64,000 nt of DNA from Podarcis gaigeae (Eukaryota), in the NCBI GenBank assembly GCA_964106915.2, contig OZ066915.1. One strand, written 5' to 3'. The position numbers and the translations under genes were made by a program. Positions within the stretch are counted from its first letter, which is position 1; each line of letters opens with the position of its first letter. The notes beneath the pieces were generated by a model. It made no database searches. It was given only the letters and a program-made list of their open reading frames with translations, and was not told the origin of the DNA. This document shows positions 53,904 to 64,000 of this stretch, one piece after another.

Positions 53904-54096
53904 ACAATCACAGATGCAAGCCCCATGAAACGCTCTGCCTCCATGTTGGGCCACTCACGCTCCAAAGGCATGCGCTTGGATGACTACTCTTTGGAAAGAG
54001 TAATCCCAGAGGAGAACCAACGGCATCACCGGCGGCGGGAACGAGGCCACCGGACATCAGAGCGCTCACTCAGCCGATATACTGATGTGGACACAG
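53904..54096 (+). CDS. CACNA1A: CACNA1A exon 45: [64 protein letters not shown](G)
   Basis: tttccag|ACA...ACA G|gtcagg; 193 nt. Confidence 0.95.
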
Positions 54097-55338
54097 GTCA
54101 GGTTGCAGGACCAGCAGGAGTAAACCCTAGAGACAGAGGCTTCAGTCCTTTAGCTACTTCCTTCAGAATAGCTGCAATCTTTGCAACTGTCACAATTCCA
54201 GAGAGTACCGTATTTTTTGCACCATAGCACTCACTTTTTTCCTCCTAGAAAGTAAGGGGAAATGTCTGTGCATGTTATGGAGCGAATGCCTGCGGGTGGC
54301 GGGGGGGGGATCTGCTGCAGTCATGAGCAGAGGATCCATGGTTCCCCTTCCTTCCCTCCTCCGTGGTTACAAAGCATGGATCCACATGGATCCTCAGGAT
54401 TTTTGCATTGGGCTACTCCAAACTCACTGTCAGATCACATGTCTGTGGCCACAGCATGAACCACAAAAATCATATATCCACTATTTCGTTTAGAATATTT
54501 TTTTTCTTGTTTTCCTCCTCTAAAAACTACGTGCGTGTTATGGTCTGGTGTGTGTTATAGAGCGAAAAATACGGTAATTCGAATTAGGCAGCCTTAGAAT
54601 TATGGTAGCTTGTCAAAGTATATATGTAAAGATCTAAGGCTCCTGCTTGGCAAGCATCTTGAGGTGTGAGTCTCTCAATAACTGGTGAATACATTTGATG
54701 TACTCAGTATAATTGTACAGGTATATGCAGGTTTTCTTTTTGTTGCACTATAGTTCCAGAGTGCCCCTCCAGGTGGTAGTAATGTGGTAACACTGGGAAG
54801 AATCACATAACTAATAAAGAAGAACTGTGTAGACAGTTCACTATAAATCTGCCGCAGATGCACTATTACTGTGTCAAAGACATGTTGCAGAAAACACCTA
54901 CACAGATAAACAAAAAGTATGTAGGGGCCTTAGTCTTTAAAGTGTTACAAAACTGTTCACTGATTTTGTTGCAGCATGTGAAATGTGCAAATGCATACTT
55001 GTGCTCTTTTAGAGGCGTTGCATAATGGACCTTTATAATAGCACATAAGGTTTGTGAGAAATGTAAGATATGTCTCAGGTACTTTCATTCTTGCTTTCTT
55101 TGCAGATCAGTCCTTCCCCAAACTATAGGTCAAAAGACTGTGTATGGGATCCAGAAGCACTTTTGGAGCATTTTGTCAGCTGAGAGCCTACTTTAAATTG
55201 AGAACTCACTGGAAACCAATTCTGATCCCTCTATGAAGGGACTTCTGCAAGCCAAAATAATTATGATGTGGGTGATCCATGAACTGGATCTCCACAGTTA
55301 ATAACAGCAATAGAGGGGTTGTTCATATTGCAACCGCA

Positions 55339-56225
55339 CAGTGGCGTAGCGTGGGGGGTGCCAGGGGTGCCGGCCGCACCAGGCGCAACATGGGTGGGGG
55401 GCGCACTCGCACTAGCAGCTCTCTGCCCCTACTAAAATCCACGGGTTAGGGAGCCCGCGCTCGCTCGGCTTGGCGAGGAGGTCGCGGAAGGGGGAGAGCG
55501 AAGCCTTCTGCTGCGGGCAAAAAAAGGAGAGGAAGCCGGGCGGGCGGGCTGGCTGGCGGGGGTCTGGCTGCGCCTGCTGCTGCCGTTGCCGCTGCTGCCG
55601 GGCTTTGACAGCTTGGCCAAGCGGAGGGAGAGGAGCTTTATGGTAATTGCAGCTCTCTCTCCACTGGCCGCCTGGGTAGTGAGCCAAGCCGAGCAGGGAG
55701 TCTGGCGAGGGGGCGGGAAGAGACTTTCCCCCCTTTTTTCCACCTCGCCTGGTCAAAAAGGAGAGCGGAGTCTCCTCAGGGCGCCCTCAGGCAGGGCAGG
55801 GCAAGGCAAGCAGAGCGAGGAGGAGAGAGAGGGGAAGGGGGGGGGGAAGCAGCCAGGAAACGCCGCAGTGTGGAGGGGGAATCAATTAAGGAGAGAAAGC
55901 GAAAAGCCTTGGAGAAAGGGAAAAAAGGAAAGAAAAGAGGCAGCTCCGGGAGAGCGCGGGGGAAAGAGAAGCCTCGCTGCTGCTGCTGCTTGGGAGAGTA
56001 AATTACTGTACTTGCCTTGCCCCGGGTTAGGGGGCGCAGATTACTTGCCTTGCCCCGGGTGCTGATAACCCACGCTACGCCGCTGGCGTAGCGTGGGGGG
56101 TGCAGGGGGGCCGGCCGCACTGGGCGCAACATATGGGGTTAGGGTTAGGGGGCGCAAATCCATGGGTTAGGGGGCGCAAATTACTTGCCTTGCCCCGGGT
56201 GCTGACAACCCATGCTACGCCACTA
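55339..56225. mobile_element. GC/CpG-rich non-autonomous hAT-like element, head-to-tail dimer
   Basis: TIRs CAGTGGCGTAGCGTGGG / CCCATGCTACGCCACTA; 8-bp TSD CAACCGCA / CAACTGCA; fused internal TIR pair at 56069-56097. Confidence 0.8.
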
Positions 56226-56544
56226 CAACTGCAGCACTAGGAGTGTGTGTGTGTGTGTATGTGTAGATTAAACCCTTTAGCATTGTTTTTCTAATTAATA
56301 TAAGCAAACTGAAATTTTGCTTGCCATGCAGTGCAAAGGCTTAATTAATCTTGCCCCCATGGGGCAAATAGCTTGGGGAGGACAATTTTAATTGGGGGAG
56401 TGGTGGCATGGGGGTTTTTTTTAAAGCCTCCCCGGTGCTGCAGTTCTGTTCCCCCCTTCCCACACACACACTCCTCCTGCCCTCTGCTCTAAAGTTGCTG
56501 TTAACCTCCAAAGCTGATACTTGCACTGCAGGGCAAAACATGTA

Positions 56545-56786
56545 CAGTGGTACCTCGGGTTACATACGCTTCAGGTCACATACGCTTCAGGTTACAGACT
56601 CCACTAACCCAGAAATAGTACCTCGGGTTAAGAACTTTGCTTCAGGATGAGAACAAAAATCGCATGGTGGTGGTGCAGCAGCAGCGGGAGGCCCCATTAG
56701 CTAAAGTGGTGCTTCAGGTTAAGAACAGTTTCAGGTTAAGAACAGGCCTCCGGAACGAATTAAGTACATAACCAGAGGTACCACTG
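56545..56786. mobile_element. Tc1/mariner-type MITE, same family as 51168-51391
   Basis: TIRs CAGTGGTACCTCGGGTTA / TAACCAGAGGTACCACTG, TA TSD, shared internal sequence. Confidence 0.85.
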
Positions 56787-57234
56787 TATATTCTTTTTTG
56801 CCCAGGAAGGCAAATAGCAGCCTTAAGAGTCCAATTTTCATCAAGAAAATGTCATCATGAGGTTTTAAACCACCACAACACCACCAGTACTACCGTACTC
56901 TCTTCCATGGCTGCTGTTAACATTTTAATCAGCTGTGGAAGATCCTGTTCACAGATCTCCCCCATCAGTCTTGATTTAGCCCTGAGTAGCTGCTTGAGCT
57001 TTTGAAAAGACAGACTAGAAAAGCAATATACTTTGGCATCTGAGTCCTGGGCACATATTCCTTCAGGTTCACAACACCAGCCATGCAAAACGTTGCCTTC
57101 AGGATTTCCTTGTGGTTGCTGTTCTCCCTTGTTGCTTAGATGCCAGGGAAGGATGGGGACGTATGTTGACATATACAGAATATATCTAACTGAAACATTC
57201 AACCTTGAACTGCCTTCTTTCTTCTTACTGGCAG

Positions 57235-57482
57235 GGCTGGGCACGGACCTCAGCATGACCACACAGTCAGGTGACCTACCTCCCAAAGAAAGAGACCAAG
57301 AACGAGGCAGGCCAAAGGACCGGAAACACCATCACCATCACCACCACCATCATCACCACCACACATCTTCTGACAAAGAGCGGTACTCACAAGAGAGGCA
57401 CGAATATAGCCGGCCTCGCTCCAGAGATCGACGTTGGTCTCGCTCGCCCAGTGAGGGCCGAGACCACATGCCTCACAGGCAG
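57235..57482 (+). CDS. CACNA1A: CACNA1A exon 46 with His12 tract: [30 protein letters not shown](H)12[40 protein letters not shown]
   Basis: ctggcag|GG CTG...CAG|gtgggt; 248 nt. Confidence 0.95.
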
Positions 57483-57904
57483 GTGGGTGTGGCTTTCCAT
57501 TCCATGCTGCGCCCCTAGGGATTGATCCAGGTGTGTCCAGTACGGAGAGAGTCTCTATTCTTAGGGAATCAAGCTCCAATTACCCACCCTGTTATTACTT
57601 TCTGGATCTCTCTGATGGAACTTTATGGTCCTGACTGGCCCAAGCAAGATCTGTAGGTTCTATACATACAGCAGCTGCACATGAATGGATATCCCATGTA
57701 TTGCTAAGGGACCACCACATTACTAACATAGTGCAGTGAGAATGCCGGGTGAGAATGCCTGTACTGAAGTGGCTGCACCATTGTAAGCACATTTCTGAAT
57801 TTAACCAACATCAGAACTTGCAGAGTCTGACCAAGCATGATCTAGCTCAGCATTTTGCCCAACAGCAGCCATCCAGATGTCTCTGAAAGTTCACGTGCAA
57901 AGTA

Positions 57905-58690
57905 GGAAGATGGTAGCCACCCTGTGTGATTTGTCTCCAGCATCTGGTACTCAGAGGTAAACTTCCTCTGAACATAGGGGTTCCATTTAACTATCATAGC
58001 TATTGACAAATCCCCCATGCATTTGTCTAAGCTTTGTCTTTCTTCACAACAGTTGTGATTTTGTGAACTTTGACAACTAATTTGCTTCCCCTTATAAGGA
58101 ATGTGCTCCAACACCCAACTTGCCATTTTCTATCTGTTTTACATCTCTAGGATAATCTTTTAACATGGGAGACCCTAACTCTTCACAGTATTCAAAACAT
58201 AGGGTCTCCCATGTTAAAAGATTATCCTAGAGATGTAAAACAGATAGAAAATGGCAAGTTGGGTGTTGGAGCACATTCCTTATAAGGGGAAGCAAATTAG
58301 TTTTGGGGCCTTTTTAGTTTAGAAATAAAATACTATAGTGGAAATTGTCAAAGTTCACAAAATCACAACTGATGTGAAGAAAGACAAAGCTTAGATTTAT
58401 ATAATGGCATTTCAATATTTATTTTATTTTTTTTCTTTCCTTTCCTAATTATTCCTGGCACATTACCATGGCACATGGATGTTTTCTGTAAGCTTTCCAC
58501 TATAGCTCCAAAATCTCTTTGCAAAGCAGTCACAGCCAATTCAACTCTATCAGCATACATATCAGCAGTCAGATTTTTTTTCCTCCAGTGTGCACAATTT
58601 AGGACTTATTTGTAATGAGTTTAATAAGCATTCTGTTGCCCATTCACCCATTTTGGAGAGACCTTTTTTGAACTCTTCACCATCTGTTCT
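57905..58690 (-). mobile_element. Old degraded CR1-like fragment containing an inverted duplication
   Basis: CR1-like motifs recognised from memory (cacagtattc, atttatataatggcat, ccaaaatctcttt, ctgttgcccattcaccca.tttggagag). Confidence 0.55.
58026..58395. repeat. Long inverted repeat (fold-back hairpin)
   Basis: 58075-58177 is the exact reverse complement of 58200-58302 (103 bp, 22-nt loop); 58026-58076 pairs with 58345-58395 (51 bp, 1 mismatch). Confidence 0.95.
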
Positions 58691-59968
58691 AAAAACAAGA
58701 GAAGAAGAGACAATTAAACTAGTTTAAGTCTTTGGTATAGATATGTTTATATATGCAGAAGCTTCCATTGCTGAGATCCAGAAAATATGGGTGTGGATGA
58801 CAATCCCTTCTGAATCAACATTACAACTACACACAAGGGCTCATTTCCAGTAAATGGTACAGAGGAAACTCCCTATTGCATTTTGCCCCAAGTGATATCC
58901 TCCTTTCCTCCCATTTCAGGAATTGCTTCCTCAAAAGATATCCTCTTGCTTAATACCTGTCCACCCTTCTTCACAGACACAGCAGGCACTTCACACACAG
59001 TCTTGTCTGATCCTGATCACCTATTGAGTTACACACACACACAATCACAATGTGTGTGCACAGACAAGTATTGTGATGTCTGTGAAACCCATTTACAATG
59101 TCCCTGAGGCATCACAACAGGAAACCACAAGTTCCTGTGGCTTGGACAAGGCTGCTTAGGCTATGTTCCTGCTAATTATACACATATTGTGGACAACATA
59201 TTTCATGGCACTTATATAGAGAAAATGGGTGGAAAATTCTGTCACCTTTATTACTGGAGTACATCCTCTTAATTGAATAGTATCAAAAAAATTCATTTCA
59301 TTCAAAGCTGAGTTCACACCTAAGGAAGTATGGGTTTGCAGGGTTTGATTTTCACAGGGCTTAGTCTGGATTCATTCTATTGCAGTGTTTGTATGTCTAC
59401 AGCTTTGGAACTGGAGCAATGCCAGGACTGCCAATTTAGTAGTGCAGTTGGCTCCCTCCATATATTAACCATATATTAATGCAGCATGTTACCCCATCTC
59501 CATTCGAAATATTATATCCTGTAATGGGCCAAGAAAACAAAGGCTATCAAACTCACATTGAAGCTCACAACTACATTCCTTATTTATATTCATAGTGTGG
59601 TACAAAAGCCAAAGAAATAATAAAGCCTACCACTTTAATTATAGAGAAAATTGAATAACATAAGGGTAGAGCCTCAAGACAGGGGTTGTGCCCAGCTTTA
59701 TGTGAACTGCATCAAAATTTTATTGGGTGAATGAGAATACAATTACTCGATGAGACTCTTCTTAAGGTCCTTTATTCCTTTGTTTTCCATTTATTCCCCG
59801 CACTGCTGCACGCCGCCCCTCCGTTATCACACACAATGTCATTTTCTTTGTTCCTATTTGTTTCCTTTGGACAATTTGGACGCTTTACTCGGGGTCTCCT
59901 GGCCAATCTGCCTTTATTTACATGTTTATTTCTGTATCCGTTGTGCTTGGCTCTGCTGTCACGGCGAG

Positions 59969-59980
59969 GGGCGGGCGCAG
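59969..59980 (+). CDS. Candidate 12-nt alternative microexon in intron 46 (GRAQ)
   Basis: ctctgctgtcacggcgag|GGGCGGGCGCAG|gtaaga; AG-free 59767-59966; phase 0/0 compatible; TGCATG at 60241-60246. Confidence 0.55.
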
Positions 59981-62900
59981 GTAAGATGGTTGGTGAGCAG
60001 AGAACAAAAATTCAAACCAATCCAGCGGATGGCCCTGCCTAGCTCGCTGGCCTATTTCTCCAGTGTCTGTGATGTGACCCCTTTATTGTTACACTGGTGG
60101 AACTGAACTCTCTGGGGTTTGTGAATCTGGAAAGTTTGGAATGAAGCTGCACCTGAAGAGACAGGCACACATGTAAGCTGTGCATATCACATCCAAACAA
60201 AACAAGAAAAAAGCAGAAATACATGCATAAACTGTAGGCATGCATGCAATGAGCGTATATAGGACACAGGATATATGGCAGGCATGGGGAACATGTGGCC
60301 TTGCAGATGTCAGCTCCCATCTTCCCTGATCATGGGCCATGCTAGCTTAAGCTAATGGAAGTTGTTGTCTACCAATAGCTGGAAGGCTTCATATTCCTCA
60401 TCCCTGGTATATGGGAGAGGGATGCCCAAGGGTATGGCAAGACTGAGGTACTGATAGATTTTCTCCAGCAGGGGATCAGTCAAATAGCAGTTTCAGGAGA
60501 TACTTAAATTGGAATGGTGAAGTGTTGGATCCCTTCCTCTAGTGTAATGGGCCCAAGCTATGTCCCTACAGCTGCTTATTTGTTTAAAGAAGCATCAGGA
60601 TATACAGTCACAGATCTCCTGACCTAGTCCAGTTTAGCCCTAAAATTCTATCCTAGGAAATTTCAAATTATGCAGTAATATATTTTGAACATTAGGCATC
60701 TTCTCATAAAATTTACTTGATTTTCAGTAATGTGTTCAGACTGCAAATTCTGGTTCTTCTGCAAAATTTAGTAAGGAAAAGAGGACACCAAAAGCATTAT
60801 GTAGAATACGTATTATGGAGTTTGAACTGGGATAAGAAGCTATATTGGGAATGGAGATACAGTCTATGATCAGTGGGACCCCCTTGAATTGTCAACAGAA
60901 ATTGCCCCTATGTTTTAAAGTTTTTCCTGCAGCTCTGAGGGATTCCTCTTGTACATCCCCAAAATAAGAAGTTGAGAATCAAAGGATTCTTGCAGAATAC
61001 CTATGTTTGGTTCTAGAGATCTAGGTTCTGTGGCATGCAGCTTTGGTCTCTTGTAGATGGTGGTCTTCAGATACACAGACACATACCAAAAATAGATACA
61101 GACACATATGATACACACACACAAAAAAAACACCCCACACAGATTTTGAGTCTTGTGGCATACAAAAAGTTGTAAGTACAACTGATACTGAGAGATGCAG
61201 GGCATGCGTGTGTGTTTTTAATACAAAAGGATGTATATAAATTGTGTAAGTAAATATCCACAGTATACTAAAATACACAGTACAGGCATGGCATAACAAA
61301 TAATTTGCAGGTTTGTATGGCAAAAATAGGCATTCATAGATGCATGTATGGTGCAACATGATACAGAAAGAGATATTTCATTGAAATACGTATGTGTGAA
61401 ATTCCCGGCAATGTGGTTATGTACATATACATGCACGCACATGAGCACATTCAAAGCATACAAAAACTTACTTTGTAAACCTAGGATACCTTTCCTAATT
61501 ATGATTCCTGTTTGGTTTGGTAGGCTTTTCCTTCCTGGTGCTACTTCAATTACTCTCTCTGTCTTGGTTTCTCTCTGTCTCTTTCTCTCCCTCTCTCCTC
61601 TGGTCTTCTTCTGACCATGAATCACTGATAATCAGCGCAAGAAAACTGTAGCATGGCAGCCACTTTCAAGTACCAAGCAGCATAGAGCTGCTTCAGTGGT
61701 TAGCAACACATTCTCCCTTAAAATGTTTCCATATTAGATTGAGGTTAATTATTAAAAAAAAAAACCCACCAGCAAGCAGAATTCTCTTCTATTTTAACTT
61801 GTCCTTCATATTTAACTCTCATGGGCTGGAGTTCTCTCAGACTTCTACAGTAAGGCCTTCTTCTTTTTTTACTATGCCATGAACCATTATTGTCCTCCTG
61901 TCTGAACAGACCTCAAGACCACCTCCAGCTCCCCTTTGAGGTAAGTACTTCATTCTCTTCCTTTTTTAAAAAAGTATAATTCCAGAGATAACTTTCAACA
62001 ACAATGGACTTAACCTCTCAGCTCTTTGAGATGCAGTCTCCCTTTTCTCCTTCAGATTTATTCCATCTTCTTAGGTCTATAGGTTTCCAGTTCAGCCTAG
62101 ATTCTTCCCAAAGACTATTCACCATGTGTGTGACACAACTGCTCACCTAAGGCAGATTAGTTTATACATCTAATTGGGCCTTCTTCATTTATCTGATTCT
62201 TGTCACCTTTCGCCAGGCTTATGTAAATTGCAATGCCTGCACATCTGGGTTTTGGTAATGTTCAGATCTCTCTTAAATAAGTTTCCACAGTTCCTGCTTG
62301 GATATTGTGATATAGTCTTGTGACACTGTCCTGCTGCACTTGAAGAGCAGCTTTTACCACGCTTTTACCACGCTCCACCTTTTGAGGAGTGACTGCTGAC
62401 TGGCTCACAGATTCACTTTATTCACAGCTATGGAGCTACTTCCTTTTCATTGCTGGCATAGAGTGGCTGGTCACTTGAGCGATGCCACAGAAGCCTCTTC
62501 TCACAACTTGGTGCAGGTTTTTCAGGAGCCTCTCTCCAGCGTTCTAGTTCTATAAGGCTGAACTCAAGCTAGATTTCCACTACTCTCAAACTACTCTTCT
62601 GAAGTTCTCTTGTCCCAATTGGCTGATCACAGATGCAAAATGATTTCATTTGAATGACCAACTTGGCTTCACCTTCCTGGGTGATTTACAGAGTCTATGT
62701 GTACACATCTATCACTTTTTATCATCAACAGCTGGAGTTTAGGGGTCTTATTATCCTGTTGAGGGCCATCCAAATGGGGTCTTTTATTACTAGAGAGGTG
62801 CCAACTCCCATGAAGGAAACAGCTGCCTCTGCATGTGTGACTACATCATTGTCTTTTCACTTTTTGTTGGTTCAGCCAATACTAGACACTATCAGACGCT

Positions 62901-64000
62901 TCTCATAGCAATAATATTGAACCATTTAGCCATGTTATAGAACTTTTTTTTTAAATCACACAAAATTTGCTTTCTGAGTGTGCTTTATCTGAAGAGACCC
63001 ATCACAATGAGTTCAGCCTTTTTGAAGGGAACTGATAAAAATTTTGCTTACAGGGAAAGTGACAACAGAAAGGGTAGAAGCAACTTACAAATGGTTACCT
63101 AATGATAGCAGCAACAAAAATAAAAGACTGGACCTGATACAATTAAGTTGTTGCACTAGCGGAAGCATTAGTCCATGTTTGTGTTGACAGAAAGATCTGC
63201 TTAGTGAGGTTGAATTCCACCCACTGTTTCTAAAGCAAGTGATCATTAACTATTCTAACACGTTTATTCTTTTGGTTGGGGTGAGGTGAAGGATATGATC
63301 TGAATGTTGTTAGTTCAGGATTCAGCTCTGCCAGATGCTTCTTAGAAAGCTACCCCCAATTCTCTCTTTTCTAGCCTTACTCAACTTTGAACTTCATACT
63401 TCTTACCTATAGAGCCAAAGGCACCATGTAAACTCTCAAGAAATGGGCATTAGAAGCACCTGGAAATGTAGTGCAGCCTATCTTTGACCAAGATGCAAAG
63501 AGACATTGCTGCTGGCTTCAATTAACACTGCATTTTTTGCTGCTCAGTACTTTGCAGTTCAGATGTTAAAACATACTGTTTCCTGCCTTAAAAAACTGCT
63601 AATCAAATTTAACTTTAAAAGCACTACCTAGTTAATATGAAATTATTTCTAATATGCCATGGAACCTTATAGCACTGCACAGCCAAGTGAGTGTGTGTTC
63701 CTGGTGGAAAAATATCAGTGACTATCCTCTTTGTTCCTCATTTTAAATCAAACTGGAACTTATTCTCTCATCCATATTCCTAATTAGCGGTAGTTGTGCT
63801 AGTCAGAAAATTTTCCTTGCCTGCTCTGTGTCATTTGCTTTACTGTTGGATTTAGTGACAATGTGATAATTGGAGGTCGCTTCATATAGTACATATAGTA
63901 CATACCCAGCTTACCCATTGCCATTCTCTTGACAGCGAGGAAAGTACAGTATCAGTATTTTCAACACACACCTCCTCAGTCACTTGCCATGGAACAAAGC

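Noticed and set aside
55412-56132. Several overlapping 100-160 aa ORFs and a possible CpG-island promoter or nested gene
   Set aside because: All lie within TIRs and a TSD; GC-rich DNA is stop-poor; the peptides are low complexity.
56135-56172. TTAGGG motifs as an interstitial telomere
   Set aside because: Only 2-3 units, and they are subterminal repeats of the hAT element.
57483-64000. CACNA1A exon 47 (GGCAG alternative acceptor, polyQ/SCA6 tract)
   Set aside because: No GSSSVSGSP-like coding sequence found; presumably lies beyond the window end.

Overview
This is eukaryotic (vertebrate) genomic DNA, and the whole window lies inside one + strand gene: CACNA1A (Cav2.1, P/Q-type calcium channel alpha-1A). 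The repeat content (Sauria SINE, squamate-type tRNA SINEs, CR1, L2, hAT and Tc1/mariner MITEs) points to a squamate, probably a lacertid lizard (inference). Exons equivalent to human 31-46 splice into one open frame covering domain IV S3 to S6, the EF-hand, pre-IQ/IQ and the proximal/medial C-terminus. These include the 6-nt S3-S4 microexon, mutually exclusive exons 37a/37b and cassette exon 44. Exon 47 (polyQ) is not in the window. Most ORFs in the supplied track are noise or TE remnants. Best leads: (1) a candidate unannotated 12-nt microexon (GRAQ) in intron 46 behind a ~200-nt AG-free zone; (2) a candidate 28-nt poison exon before exon 38, next to a four-copy TGCATG (RBFOX) cluster; (3) the S3-S4 microexon encodes Asp-Pro rather than mammalian Asn-Pro; (4) a ~150-bp near-perfect fold-back hairpin in intron 46; (5) a GC-AG intron after exon 38; (6) a Penelope-type hammerhead ribozyme core in sense orientation in intron 36. 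Exon numbers follow the human convention from memory, and no database search was run.
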